The position numbers and the translations under genes were made by a program. Below are positions 17,365 through 27,854 of a DNA stretch of 49,882 nt, piece after piece. Position 1 is the first letter of the stretch. Each line of letters opens with the position of its first letter. The notes beneath the pieces are model-generated. The model saw only the letters and a program-made list of their open reading frames with translations, ran no database searches and was not told where the DNA came from. The DNA is from a virus. The DNA lies in the IMG/VR virus record IMGVR_UViG_3300018481_000009, positions 1-49,882 of that record, one strand, 5' to 3'.

Positions 17365-18693
17365 TTAGTTCACATAGACCTTTCCGGTGTCGGGCGCTCC
17401 TAGGGAGATGGTTACGTTGTTGGCGTCTACATAGTGGACATCGGGCAGGATCACATTACCTCCACTATTGACGACGTCGACTGCGGGATACTTACCGAGG
17501 TTGTGGACAACGTTCCAGGTGGTTGCTGATGTACTTTGTGTGTGAATGTAACTCTGATCCCCTCCGGTACCACCAGTACCGCCAAGATGATCCTCGCCCT
17601 CGACCATCAACGACCAAGGAGCACCAACCACAGGATCATCGGCTAGATCGGCTGTGCCTCCAAGAGTCATGTTGGCGATGGTTGGCCAGTTGTTCCATAC
17701 CTGGCCAGCGACGTAGTAGCGACCAGGAGGAAGTGTTACTGGGCCGTAGGTAGCATCATATTCTCCGCTACCAAAGAATTGACAAGTCAGCTCGATGTTA
17801 TCGGCGTCATCGATTATGCGGACGTACCAGTTGCCGTAAGAGCCATTGCCATCCTTGTGGATTCGCAATGTCACGTTACCACTACCTTCAACATCAAAGA
17901 AGTAGTAATCGACGTCGCTGCCCGTCGGCAAATTCAGTTCGGTGTTCGGGTAGTTCCAACGAGTCCAAGTCCTCGGCGTCCCTTGGAATTCATGTACTAC
18001 GGTGTTCGGCTCGGTTTCAGTGTCGGGGTACTCGTCGACACCAGGGGCACGATAACTGTTGGCGATGTAGAGGTCACCGTCGTACGTCACCATGTCGTCC
18101 TGCTCGTAAGCCTCAGAGTCAGACCACTGATCCCGATAAGACGCTCCTCCACCTTCTCCAGCCGGACCCTCAGGACCTTCAGGACCAGTAGCGCCAGTGG
18201 CGCCAGTAGGACCAGTCGGACCTGTAGGTCCAGTCGGTCCTGGAGCACCATGCGGAACCATGAGCTGCCAAGGACCAGTAACAACTGGAACATCACCAAT
18301 GGTGGAGATGGGAGTCATCCAGACTGATCCATCATAAGTGACAACGTCATACGCGACGTACTGTGTTCCAGCGCTCCAATCCCCACGGTAGCGGAAGCCA
18401 GTTCCGTCCTCACCAGCTGGTCCCTGTGGACCGACGGGACCCGGCGCGCCAGCAGGACCGGTAGGACCGGGTTCACCCTCTGTGGTCTGCTCTACGTCCT
18501 CGACCTGACCCGGGGGAACATAGACGCCTTCATACACTCCACCGCCAAGATGCGAAATCTTGTACTTCGAGGTGCTACCGGGACCCAAATCATCATCAAC
18601 GTGGATGTGGCCGTAGCGAGGCCATGGGTCCTCGACATACTCAACCGTTCCGGAGCGGGGTCCACCGATTAGTGATACGGCGTGAGAGGACAT
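17365..18693 (-). CDS. minor tail protein with two collagen-like segments
   Basis: GEPGPTGPAGAPGPVGPQGPAGEDG and GAPGPTGPTGPTGPTGATGATGPEGPEGPAGEGG. Confidence 0.6.
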   Translation of the reverse strand: MSSHAVSLIGGPRSGTVEYVEDPWPRYGHIHVDDDLGPGSTSKYKISHLGGGVYEGVYVPPGQVEDVEQTTEGEPGPTGPAGAPGPVGPQGPAGEDGTGFRYRGDWSAGTQYVAYDVVTYDGSVWMTPISTIGDVPVVTGPWQLMVPHGAPGPTGPTGPTGPTGATGATGPEGPEGPAGEGGGASYRDQWSDSEAYEQDDMVTYDGDLYIANSYRAPGVDEYPDTETEPNTVVHEFQGTPRTWTRWNYPNTELNLPTGSDVDYYFFDVEGSGNVTLRIHKDGNGSYGNWYVRIIDDADNIELTCQFFGSGEYDATYGPVTLPPGRYYVAGQVWNNWPTIANMTLGGTADLADDPVVGAPWSLMVEGEDHLGGTGGTGGDQSYIHTQSTSATTWNVVHNLGKYPAVDVVNSGGNVILPDVHYVDANNVTISLGAPDTGKVYVN

Positions 18694-20147
18694 CAGGCAA
18701 TCCTCAAGTCGTCGAATGGACCTTCATAAATGCCGAACGTACAGCCATCCATGACAATCTCAAAACCTTCAGGATCGCCAGACGGTTCAAGTCCAACTCG
18801 GTTGTCGGGCTTGTACATCTGGAGGACTGAACCCTCACCTCTCAAATAATCATCCGTGCTCTCCGTACGGAAGGCGTGTGACAAATTGACGAGGAGAGGT
18901 TGGCCATTCATGAGATGAGCAGACATGACGGTTCCTCGGCTGGAACGTTGTCCGATGGGAAGATGATTCGGATAGGCGGCAAAGATGTCGCTCACCGGAT
19001 TAGCTGTCCCGCAGCGCGCTCGGCCACGGAAGGTCACGAAGCGGTTGGTGAACTTGACCTCGACCCGTCCCCACCAGCCGGGATACAGAGGAAGTGTCTG
19101 CCAACCGTGATGCGCATCATGTACCGTTGCCTGAGCCACAGGGATGATGTCCTCATACCAGCGGGCGATGCTGGCATACATCGGATCGGCCATCGCAATC
19201 GCCATGCGATTACGGAGAGTTCCGGCGTCAATCGTCCGATGACCCATGGACCCGCCGCCCGGCAGTTCAGATGCCTGCTCAGCGGTCAGTACATCCATCG
19301 GGACCGCCATGAGGGCGGGATGTGGCGAAATTTGCGTAATCGGATTTGTGTAGTAGAACCCTTCAAACTGACCAGAGGAACCTGTCGGATGAAGTGGATT
19401 GTTGAAACAACCCGCGTTCTGAACCGGAATCGTCATCGGCATGGCTACGCCCTCTAGAGGCATATCGAGCGGAGGGTTATCATCACAGAGAGCCGGTTCA
19501 CCGCTAAGCGCCCAAAGCCGGGCATCCTTGACTCTCTGGTTCCCTACATACCAACCCCCATCGGGAACTGCAGGACCAGACCCATCAATCAGAGGATACC
19601 CGGGGTGAGCAATCATATCCCCCAACTCAGTGTCCGAGATTGCACCGCCCGGGACATCGTGATCATGACCGGAGTAGACGACCGCTTCTGTCATGTTCGA
19701 GTCCATGTTGAGCGACGGACCGAACACCATCCAATAACGCTCAAACTGATCCCTATCGCCTGTCGTGAAGACGTAAGTTGGAACGTTCGCGCCTGTACCT
19801 GCTGCACGAGCAAGATTGGCAATCCAGTACATCGGGCCGACCCCGAGTTGCATCCAGAGTTGCCAGAGCAGATCGGTGTCTAAGCCGGATTGACCTGTCC
19901 ACTGCTGATGGTAGACGTAATCGGCCTCGGGGATCATCCGCGGCTCAAGCGGGCTGAAGCTGCTCACACTATGAAGGCCACAAGCGCGGATAGCATGCGC
20001 GACGGCAATCTCCAAGACCGGGTTGTCGGGCTTCCAAGGTTTGGGGATCAGAACTCGACCGACGTTCATGACCTCCAGTTTACGCACCCGTTCTTGTACG
20101 GCGATGGCGTCGGCGATGTCATCCGCCATTCTTGCGATGAAGCCCAT
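18693..20147 (-). CDS. minor tail protein
   Basis: ATG 20147 forms a TAATG overlap with the upstream stop (ORF-track start 20162 is less likely). Confidence 0.55.
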   Translation of the reverse strand: MGFIARMADDIADAIAVQERVRKLEVMNVGRVLIPKPWKPDNPVLEIAVAHAIRACGLHSVSSFSPLEPRMIPEADYVYHQQWTGQSGLDTDLLWQLWMQLGVGPMYWIANLARAAGTGANVPTYVFTTGDRDQFERYWMVFGPSLNMDSNMTEAVVYSGHDHDVPGGAISDTELGDMIAHPGYPLIDGSGPAVPDGGWYVGNQRVKDARLWALSGEPALCDDNPPLDMPLEGVAMPMTIPVQNAGCFNNPLHPTGSSGQFEGFYYTNPITQISPHPALMAVPMDVLTAEQASELPGGGSMGHRTIDAGTLRNRMAIAMADPMYASIARWYEDIIPVAQATVHDAHHGWQTLPLYPGWWGRVEVKFTNRFVTFRGRARCGTANPVSDIFAAYPNHLPIGQRSSRGTVMSAHLMNGQPLLVNLSHAFRTESTDDYLRGEGSVLQMYKPDNRVGLEPSGDPEGFEIVMDGCTFGIYEGPFDDLRIA

Positions 20148-20620
20148 TAGTTCACCGCCCATACGGCACCGTCGAAGTAAACCTGGATGTCTGCCGTGCT
20201 TCCTGTAAAACTGGCGCCATACAGAGTCAGGTTACCATTCGGCTCCACTAGGATGAAAGTGCGGAACGGCGATCTATCAGCACCAACCTGAATCCGTCCG
20301 GTTTGCAGTGGTCTTGCCTCTGGAGGTAGCACAGCGATTATTTGGAACTCAGGGACCGACTTGCCGGCCTCGAGGTACACTCCTCCGGAGAGCATGATCA
20401 AACCCGTGCGCCGCTGCCAACGTGCAGGGTAGAAGTTGTTGAAAGCATTGATCGAATGCCAATCCGAGTCACCGATGATCTCGATCTCGGTCGGTGGGAT
20501 CGTATCGTAGTAGCGAAGCTCGCTGCCAAGGAAGTGCACGCCCGTCTCCAGGTTACGCACTCGATCCCGAACGTCCAAGTGGCGCTTGAGGTAGTCTGGG
20601 TTGCGAACCATCTCCGCCAT
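20147..20620 (-). CDS. minor tail protein
   Basis: TGATG coupling. Confidence 0.5.
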   Translation of the reverse strand: MAEMVRNPDYLKRHLDVRDRVRNLETGVHFLGSELRYYDTIPPTEIEIIGDSDWHSINAFNNFYPARWQRRTGLIMLSGGVYLEAGKSVPEFQIIAVLPPEARPLQTGRIQVGADRSPFRTFILVEPNGNLTLYGASFTGSTADIQVYFDGAVWAVN

Positions 20621-21807
20621 CAGACGTCACCTTCTCCAAGCTCTCCGCCAACTACCGGGACACAGCTGAGCTCGATCTTGGTGTTGCTGGAGGCGTCCAC
20701 TTGACGAAGGGTTGTCTGGATGACTCGTCCTGTGGCCTCGAAGGAGCACTCACCTTTCTTCGATCGCACGGTCACCGAGTCACCTGTCTCGAAGTCTCTC
20801 ATGTACACCGGAACCTGAGGTCCGTCAATCTCAGGGTGGACGGTGAAGAAGTCCGGCGGCCACTTGTAAGCCTGGACCCATGCTTGAGCCTTGGCCGCCA
20901 AGACCTCCTGCTTGTCCGGTTGGCCGGAGGACTCCCAGCCCTGCATGATGCCGTACTTCTGCCAGGACGCCTCACTATGGTATAGCGCCCGGCGAGCCTT
21001 GTCGTTCGGACCCCGCTCTCCACCAGGATACACCTGCACCCAGTAGTTGCGGACTGAGAACCCGTCAGGTTCATGAACGATATTCGCCGCGTTCCGACGA
21101 CCCATGTTATAATCGTAGACGATTCGGTACGCGGTGTCGTCCCCGATACGATCGGACGTGTCGAACTCACAGAAGAACCCGGCTGGAACCTCACCGTATA
21201 CTCCTGGATGCTCGTTATCCACAGGACGGAAGCGGAAGTCTGGTGCACCCATGACCTGAGCCGCGTTGATCAACGACTCCCAGACGTTGGCTCCTCGTTC
21301 GCAGCGACGCCAGAGGCCATCCCCAGAAGCTGGAGGATCGGTCGTCGGCCTGGGTCCCTGTGGAGTTGCATCGTTGGTGCCCCAGAGAATGCCGTTCCCG
21401 GGGATACCACGGTCCACCTGAGGTTCGATAGGGATGGAGGACTCGAGGAGCTGTCGATAGCCCTTGCCGTCCAGGGGGTATCCCACGTCCACCACGATGT
21501 CTCCCCAACGATGGTGGTGGTTCTTCAGCTTGGCCGTTGGGTCATGGGCGGCTACCTGGATGGTGCCAGCCTTGTAGTCGAATACCGGGCGACCAATGTA
21601 TCCGATGAACACCAGGAAGTCACCGTACGTCACGCTGATGAGGTGCTCCAGCGGCTTGATCCGTGCCGCATTCTTGTCATACATGGACAACGTGACCTTG
21701 CCGGACCGGCCGTCGTTCAGGGGGTCGATGACCTCCAGGTTCTGGAACTGGGAAACATAGCCAATCGGCTCGCCCCAGATGTCGATGATCTTGATCTTGA
21801 GTTGCAT
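20620..21807 (-). CDS. minor tail protein (tail-tip/hub position)
   Basis: second gene after the tape measure; ATG 21807 forms a TAATG overlap. Confidence 0.5.
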   Translation of the reverse strand: MQLKIKIIDIWGEPIGYVSQFQNLEVIDPLNDGRSGKVTLSMYDKNAARIKPLEHLISVTYGDFLVFIGYIGRPVFDYKAGTIQVAAHDPTAKLKNHHHRWGDIVVDVGYPLDGKGYRQLLESSIPIEPQVDRGIPGNGILWGTNDATPQGPRPTTDPPASGDGLWRRCERGANVWESLINAAQVMGAPDFRFRPVDNEHPGVYGEVPAGFFCEFDTSDRIGDDTAYRIVYDYNMGRRNAANIVHEPDGFSVRNYWVQVYPGGERGPNDKARRALYHSEASWQKYGIMQGWESSGQPDKQEVLAAKAQAWVQAYKWPPDFFTVHPEIDGPQVPVYMRDFETGDSVTVRSKKGECSFEATGRVIQTTLRQVDASSNTKIELSCVPVVGGELGEGDV

Positions 21808-22685
21808 TACCAGACCGCATGCCGCCACTGGACCTGGAACGAACCGACGCCACTAGCCACGATCGAGTTGTTACCGACGTTCAGACCTGGCACTCCGTCA
21901 TTCCACCAGTTGGAACCCATCGTCACGAGCGGAGTGAAGTCGGACCCCGGAATTTGTGGACAGTAAGCGAATGGCTGGGCTCCCCAACCAAGCACTAGCT
22001 GCTTCCCGCTGTCGACGGCAGCCATGGCAAGCGATGGACCGAAGGTCAAGAAGAACGCCTGCGGCGAAGTCATTTGTACTGTGAACGAAGAGGCCAGTGG
22101 GCCGTTCAGGATCATGATGTGATCCACAGGGGCATTGCCCGCGTTGTTGCAGACGACGGTGGAGGTGTTCCCGATGTTCCCTGTGTTCACCTCGTCCCCG
22201 AAGTACCGCGGGTTATGCTGCCGAAGTGAGATGGTGAAGTCTCGCTTGTGCAAGATCACGTCTTGCATAGTGGCCGAAATCTCGTCGTCGATGTCGCAGG
22301 AGAGCACGCGAGCACCATAGATGAGCGCCTGACCACCTCTACCGGCTGGCGGAGCGATTGTCACCCAATCCTCGACGCCGTCCTGGCTGAAGGCTGCCTT
22401 GAGTGTGGAGATGGCCACTCTCATGGACGGAAGCGACAGCGCCTCGATCTTTCCGATGTACACGATCGTCTTGCCCCGCTTGTGTCCCGGCCGAGGAAGC
22501 TCGCCCATGTACCCTTGAGCTGGATCGCTCAGGTTATCCGCCTCGGCCTTGCTGTGGAGGCCAGTAATTCTCTTCAGACGGTATCGCGGGAACGCCCCGT
22601 TATTGTTCAGGGTGACGCCACGGTAGGAGTGCAGAGCCTCCAGGCCGAGCGGACCTTCTGCGAGTGTGGCAGGCGGGAGTGCCAT
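21807..22685 (-). CDS. distal tail protein-position gene
   Basis: immediately downstream of the tape measure; TAATG coupling. Confidence 0.5.
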   Translation of the reverse strand: MALPPATLAEGPLGLEALHSYRGVTLNNNGAFPRYRLKRITGLHSKAEADNLSDPAQGYMGELPRPGHKRGKTIVYIGKIEALSLPSMRVAISTLKAAFSQDGVEDWVTIAPPAGRGGQALIYGARVLSCDIDDEISATMQDVILHKRDFTISLRQHNPRYFGDEVNTGNIGNTSTVVCNNAGNAPVDHIMILNGPLASSFTVQMTSPQAFFLTFGPSLAMAAVDSGKQLVLGWGAQPFAYCPQIPGSDFTPLVTMGSNWWNDGVPGLNVGNNSIVASGVGSFQVQWRHAVW

Positions 22686-25303
22686 TACATGACCCCCTGG
22701 CCGCGACGGGCCATCTCACGAGCGAATATCTCGGCTTGGACTCTTGGGTCCCCGAGCTGATCATGGCCGGGCGCGGGCGGAAGCTGGATGGTCTGCCTCT
22801 GAATGGTTGTACCGCTGCCACTCGGACCCATGACGACTGGTGTCGAAATCATCCGCGCTGTAGCCTTGGCCACTCGGTTGGCTCCACCCTGGATGCCCAG
22901 CTCGAATCCCCGGTTGACGTACTGGCCCATCTTGAAGAACTCCTTGGATGGTGAACCAATACCTAGGACATCGCCCGCTGATCCGATGGCACCCTTCGCG
23001 AGACCCTTCACGGCGTCCTTGACACCGCCTGGAATGGACTTGATCCCATTGATCATCCCCTTGACGATGTCCTTACCGAGGTCACGAGCAGCATTCCAGA
23101 CTGCAACACTCGCATCCCCGATCCACCCAGGAATCCCGGCGAAGAAGTCAACGATGTCCTGAGCCGCGCCGTTGATCCAGTCCTCGACCTTGGTCTGAAG
23201 TGCATCGAGCTTCTGGAGGAAGTCGTCAACCGCATTCCAAGCGTTTCGGAGTCGCTCGATCAGGTGGTTGATCTTCGTGGTCATGGTGGCCACGGCGCTG
23301 ACGATGTTCCTCAGGTCTTCAGCAAACTGAATGGCCGCGGGCACGACCGACTCGAAGAACTCCTTCAGTTGCTTGCGGCCTTCCTCTGAGGCTAGCCACT
23401 TGCTGAGCCACTTGGCAGCCTTCTCGATGGCGTCCGCCAGCTGGATGCCATATGGCGCAATGGCCATGATGAGGTCGAAGAATGCCGGTGCCAACGCCAA
23501 AGCCACGTTCAGCCAGGTGACGAGATGCGGCATGATCTTCTCGAGGAACCCGGCGATGTCCTCCACAGAGGTGTTCTCGGAGAGTCGGGTCAGCCAGTCG
23601 GCCAGTAGCCGGAATCCCTCCACCACGTAGGGCATGGCCGCTACGGCGATCTTGGTCAGCAGGTCGAAGAGGGGCGTAAAGATCGCGGCGATGAGAGGCG
23701 CGAGCTGAGTCGCTCCCTCGATCAACGTGGTGAATAGCTCGCCGAACTCTGGGGTGGCTAGGATACCAAGGGCACCACCAACCGCTGCTCCCATCGCTGT
23801 GCCAAGCTCGGTGAGTGGATCCTTGAACTTCTTCATCGCCGGCCCGAGTCCCTTCAGGCCATCGACGATACCCTTGATGAATGCTTGGATACCTGGACCG
23901 AATGCCTCCTTGAAGGCCGCGATCAGTTCCTTGGTGGTCTCCAGCAGGTTCTTCTCGGTATCGTTGAGCGCATCGATCTGGGAGACAGACTCGGTGATAC
24001 TCTGCTGCTTCAGCTGGTCCGCTCGGGTCTGTTCCAGGCGAGCCAGGTTCCTCGTAGCGTCGGCGACCCTCTCCTGGGCCGCACGGTACTGATCGGAGGC
24101 TGCAATCCCGTCCTTCTGGAACTTGAGGGCGTCCTGGCGGGCTCGGGTAAGGTTGCGCTCGGCGTCGCTTACACCGTCTGTGGCTTCCTTCTCCGATTGC
24201 TTGGCTTCCTTGTACGCGAGAATCTTGTCCTGGAGGTCGAAGGCACCTCCCGTCCCCAGATCAACGCCGGCGCCAGTAAGAGCACCGACGATATCTGAAG
24301 TCTCGCCAGCGAAGTCGACGTCAGTGAACTTCTTGAAGAGTCCATCGAAGTCGGTACCGAGAGCACCTACTTCTCGGCGGAAGTTCTTGAGGTCGGCCGC
24401 TGCCTTCTTGGTATTGAGCTTGGCTCGTTCCTCGGAGAGCTTGGCACTCTCGAGCGACCGGTACGAGTCGGAGACTGCCTCAATGGCGTCTTCCATCTCC
24501 CGCATGGCGTTGACGACAGCGGTCCTCTCCGCTTGGATCGCCTGCGCCAGCGCCCTCGACGCGTCAGCATGCTGCCTGGAGTAGACGACCGCTTCTTGGT
24601 CGGCTCTCGCCTTGTCCCGAGCGGCGTTGCCTGCCTCGGTTTCCTCTTGCTTGAGTACCTTGAGGATTTTCGCGAAGGACAGGAGCGCGGGGATGCCTAT
24701 GAGGGCGATCGGCGCCATTGCGGCAGCTAGAGCCACAGCCAGGGCTCCAAGGGCAACCACGGCAAGGGCCGCAGAGGCCGCCAGGGCCGCGAGAGCAGAC
24801 ACGACGGTTACGGCGATCGTGCCGGCCAGGAGGATCAGGGCGGCTGTGACCGGATTCAGTGCCACAGCCAGCGGCCCGATGGAGACACCAACTTGGCTAA
24901 GTGACGAGAAGAGGCCACTCATCGCCTTCTGAGCGAGACCACCAACCTTGCTCAGTTGGCCGAGGTTTGCAGCGGCGCCCCCGGAGCGATCCACCTCCAC
25001 GTCTACGCTGACGTTGTTGGGCAGTGCCTCCAGCGAAGCTGCCAGGACGGCAATCTCGGCGATGCCCTGTGGAACCCCCTTGACTTCCACAGAGGGGTCG
25101 GCCTCGGCTGCACTGAGCGTCTGGATTTCTGCCCAGAGCTTGCCGAGACCGCTTAGTGCTTCCTCTTCACCCTTGAGCTGGACCTCGGGCTCGGCATCAA
25201 GCTTGTCGACCGCCTCCATGGCGGCCATGAGACCTTCCAGGACTCGCTTGGCGTCGTCGTCGTCGCCGGTGATGCGAAGGAGGATCTCGTTGATGTCGGC
25301 CAT
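22685..25303 (-). CDS. tape measure protein
   Basis: 872 aa, Ala/Leu-rich coiled coil with hydrophobic segments, directly after the chaperone frameshift pair. Confidence 0.85.
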   Translation of the reverse strand: MADINEILLRITGDDDDAKRVLEGLMAAMEAVDKLDAEPEVQLKGEEEALSGLGKLWAEIQTLSAAEADPSVEVKGVPQGIAEIAVLAASLEALPNNVSVDVEVDRSGGAAANLGQLSKVGGLAQKAMSGLFSSLSQVGVSIGPLAVALNPVTAALILLAGTIAVTVVSALAALAASAALAVVALGALAVALAAAMAPIALIGIPALLSFAKILKVLKQEETEAGNAARDKARADQEAVVYSRQHADASRALAQAIQAERTAVVNAMREMEDAIEAVSDSYRSLESAKLSEERAKLNTKKAAADLKNFRREVGALGTDFDGLFKKFTDVDFAGETSDIVGALTGAGVDLGTGGAFDLQDKILAYKEAKQSEKEATDGVSDAERNLTRARQDALKFQKDGIAASDQYRAAQERVADATRNLARLEQTRADQLKQQSITESVSQIDALNDTEKNLLETTKELIAAFKEAFGPGIQAFIKGIVDGLKGLGPAMKKFKDPLTELGTAMGAAVGGALGILATPEFGELFTTLIEGATQLAPLIAAIFTPLFDLLTKIAVAAMPYVVEGFRLLADWLTRLSENTSVEDIAGFLEKIMPHLVTWLNVALALAPAFFDLIMAIAPYGIQLADAIEKAAKWLSKWLASEEGRKQLKEFFESVVPAAIQFAEDLRNIVSAVATMTTKINHLIERLRNAWNAVDDFLQKLDALQTKVEDWINGAAQDIVDFFAGIPGWIGDASVAVWNAARDLGKDIVKGMINGIKSIPGGVKDAVKGLAKGAIGSAGDVLGIGSPSKEFFKMGQYVNRGFELGIQGGANRVAKATARMISTPVVMGPSGSGTTIQRQTIQLPPAPGHDQLGDPRVQAEIFAREMARRGQGVM

Positions 25304-25995
25304 TTATTTCACGGGGCGGAGCATGGGGTGGATGGATTCCATATCGACTGGATCGCTGTAGCCGGGACGGAACTTCACCAGGTCCTTGGGTTGGTGGTAG
25401 GCGTAGCTCATGACAGCGCCCTGGTTGAAGAGGTCCATGCTACTTTGCCACTCGTATAGCTCGACCAGGTCCAGGAGTCGTGGGATCGTTAGGCCGCGCT
25501 CGGTGTCGTAGTTGGGGGAGTCGTCCCAGAACTCGTCGAGTCCGATTCCCCAGTAGGTCCAGGCGACACGGATGAGAGGGGCGTCGGGCGAACCCCGGAA
25601 GCTTCCGCCACGTTCCCCGCCGCCGTGATCAACTTGACGAGTTTTCCCAACCGCCCGGCTCCCGACACGTTCAGGGACGTCTCGAACGCGGCGATGATCT
25701 CGTCCGTGGTGGGAGACGGGTCGTTGTCCTCTTGGTACTGGTCGCGGTCACCTGCCTGGTAGGCGTCCCACGCTTCCTGCGTGCGGAACCCCTCCCACTC
25801 GTACTCGGGCATGTCCTTGAGTGCCGGAATGAGGACGCAGAGGATGCGGTACGACTGGTGACCGTAATCCCCGCCCATGATCTTGCCGAAGTCGTCGGCA
25901 TTGAGGTGGTGGCGAAGGCGAGCGTGCTTCTGCGGGACAACCGGAAAAACACGCTCCCCCAGCCTGACCGATGCGGTGCTGCCGTTGTTGGCCAT
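25304..25995 (-). CDS. tail assembly chaperone G-T fusion made by -1 frameshift at 25642-25648
   Basis: the -1 frame is open from the slip site to a TAA at 25304-25306 that abuts the tape measure ATG; it encodes WTYWGIGLDEFWDDSPNYDTERG... Confidence 0.7.
25489..25995 (-). CDS. tail assembly chaperone (G-like, zero-frame product)
   Basis: AGGAGAG RBS before ATG 25995; lies between the major tail and tape measure genes. Confidence 0.7.
   Translation of the reverse strand: MANNGSTASVRLGERVFPVVPQKHARLRHHLNADDFGKIMGGDYGHQSYRILCVLIPALKDMPEYEWEGFRTQEAWDAYQAGDRDQYQEDNDPSPTTDEIIAAFETSLNVSGAGRLGKLVKLITAAGNVAEASGVRPTPLSSVSPGPTGESDSTSSGTTPPTTTPSAA
25642..25648 (-). other. -1 programmed frameshift slippery heptamer G_GGA_AAA
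   Basis: zero-frame TTG GGA AAA CTC; X XXY YYZ pattern as in lambda G/GT. Confidence 0.7.
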
Positions 25996-26017
25996 GATGG
26001 TTGCTCTCCTGTTACTT

Positions 26018-26713
26018 CTACGCGATGACGCCGGCCTGCTCGACGATCCAGAATCCGTGCTCTCCCCCGGCCGGAGCCGTTGGTTCGGACTGGGCCGTGA
26101 ACGTGACCTCGGCATTGGTTGGTGTTCCCCGCTCGAAGGACATCTCCGTCTCGTCGGCGGTGATGGTCGCCCGCGGGATGATGCGAGCCACTGCTCCCGG
26201 CCTGGTATCCACAGGGGAGGCAGCCGGTTCGGTGACGATGTTGGCCCCGGAGGGTCGGAACGCGACCAGAGCGATCCGCCAGACGGGCACGTCGGAGTAG
26301 AGGCCGGCCAGCGTCTTCTTCTGGGCGGACTCCCCCGTCGATGCCGCGATGGTCGTCGCTGCGATCGAGTTCTCGATGATCTGCAGGGTGATCTCGTCGA
26401 TGTGGGCCACCTGCACCGTGAGCGAACGCTCGATGGAGCTGATGACCGTGAACAGGTCGCCTGAGGGCTGCTGGTACTCGAGCCCCTCGGACTCCCTGCT
26501 GTGGGTGTAGGTCGGAGCGTCGGCCGCGAGGCCGAAGTCGAACCAGCCGGTCTCGGCCGGGTACTCCCCGTTGGCATCCGCAGAGGCGGGGACGATGTCC
26601 CACAGATCCACAGGGACCGGGGTCGCGACCGGGGCGTACAGAACCCTCGCGGGACCTGTTAGCGCTCCTGCCTCGTCGTACGGAGTGCGACCTCCGTGCA
26701 TGTTGGTTGCCAT
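26018..26713 (-). CDS. major tail protein
   Basis: AAGGAGGTG RBS; immediately upstream of the chaperones. Confidence 0.65.
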   Translation of the reverse strand: MATNMHGGRTPYDEAGALTGPARVLYAPVATPVPVDLWDIVPASADANGEYPAETGWFDFGLAADAPTYTHSRESEGLEYQQPSGDLFTVISSIERSLTVQVAHIDEITLQIIENSIAATTIAASTGESAQKKTLAGLYSDVPVWRIALVAFRPSGANIVTEPAASPVDTRPGAVARIIPRATITADETEMSFERGTPTNAEVTFTAQSEPTAPAGGEHGFWIVEQAGVIA

Positions 26714-26923
26714 TTACTGCTCACCTCCTTCATCCTCTGTGGGTTCCCCGAAGTTGACTCCGGCTGCCTTGAGACGGGACTGCTGATCCTCGGTCAGCTC
26801 CGCCTCATCGCCGACACGAACGGTGATCCCGTCCACCTCGACGCTTTGCTTGACGTGCGGAGTTGCCTTCGTCCCAGACACGCTGGTGACGCGGACCTTT
26901 CCGCCACTGCCGCCCTTCGCCAT
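26714..26923 (-). CDS. hypothetical protein
   Basis: ATG 26923 overlaps the upstream TGA; ACGGAGGTG RBS. Confidence 0.55.
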   Translation of the reverse strand: MAKGGSGGKVRVTSVSGTKATPHVKQSVEVDGITVRVGDEAELTEDQQSRLKAAGVNFGEPTEDEGGEQ

Positions 26924-27375
26924 CAATTCACCTCCGTGAACTCGCCGATTGTTACTGTGAACGTGGCTGCTCGAGCCGTCGTCCCGTCTGCGTACTGCAC
27001 TTCTGGGGGATCGTAGCTGGCCTCGTAATACGGCGAGGCTGTTGGTACCCGACCCCCCAACGTCGGTTCTAGCAGCGCTTTACCCAGAGCATCCACGTAG
27101 TCATAGAGTGCCTGAGTAGCAGCCCACGAGTCCTCGGGGCTCACCATCAGCAGCAGCTCTGCCCGGCGAGCACGGACGTATGTCTGCTGGTAGGTAGCTA
27201 CACCTGGAAGTTGGTCATCGCTGTCAGCTCGTCTGTCTCCTTTCACTTCACAGATTACCAGCGGAAGCACGTCTTGCAAGCGTGTAGGAGCGTGCTCCAC
27301 AGTATTGATTCCTAGGGTGGCGGACGCCCATTCCTCCAGCTTCGTAGCCAGCTCGATGGTTGTTAGCGTGCTCAC
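26923..27375 (-). CDS. head-tail joining / tail terminator-position protein
   Basis: GTGA coupling; synteny. Confidence 0.5.
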   Translation of the reverse strand: MSTLTTIELATKLEEWASATLGINTVEHAPTRLQDVLPLVICEVKGDRRADSDDQLPGVATYQQTYVRARRAELLLMVSPEDSWAATQALYDYVDALGKALLEPTLGGRVPTASPYYEASYDPPEVQYADGTTARAATFTVTIGEFTEVN

Positions 27376-27854
27376 TGTACCAACCTAAGCTTGAGGCGGG
27401 TGGACAAAGCTTTTGCGTGGTGTTCAGCCACGGCTTGAGCGGTGAAGAATGCTTCCTCCACCCAGTCGAACTCGGGGTCGTAGCCCTTGACTTGCGGGGC
27501 GAACGTCCAGAAGCCGTGACCCAGGTCAAGCTTCAGTACCAAGTTGTTCTTGGGTTGAATCGTGGCCGCCCGATGTCCGAATCTCGTGACGGCCACGTAG
27601 TTGAACCCCGACTCGGAAGTGACCCCTGTCACTACCATGTCGATTTGGGCTTTGCCGCTCTTGAATGCTCGGATGCCCTTCTGCAGCTTCCCCGATCGCT
27701 TCGGAGCCCAGAATCGATACACCCTCTTGAGTGCCTCGGCCGTCTCAGAGATGCTCTGCTCCATCTCCTGGTCGAGCTTGCCTCGCATTCGACCGAACTG
27801 GGCACCTACCGCGGTGGCCCGTTCAATCTCGGCATGAATTTTGACTTTAGCCAC
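27372..27854 (-). CDS. HK97 gp10-like neck protein
   Basis: weak family resemblance plus position. Confidence 0.5.
   Translation of the reverse strand: MAKVKIHAEIERATAVGAQFGRMRGKLDQEMEQSISETAEALKRVYRFWAPKRSGKLQKGIRAFKSGKAQIDMVVTGVTSESGFNYVAVTRFGHRAATIQPKNNLVLKLDLGHGFWTFAPQVKGYDPEFDWVEEAFFTAQAVAEHHAKALSTRLKLRLVQ

Noticed and set aside
25489-26603. 362-aa and 310-aa minus-strand ORFs extending upstream over the major tail gene
   Set aside because: Their N-terminal parts are Arg/Pro/Ser-rich alternative frames of the major tail protein gene. The real chaperone gene starts at ATG 25995, which has its own RBS.
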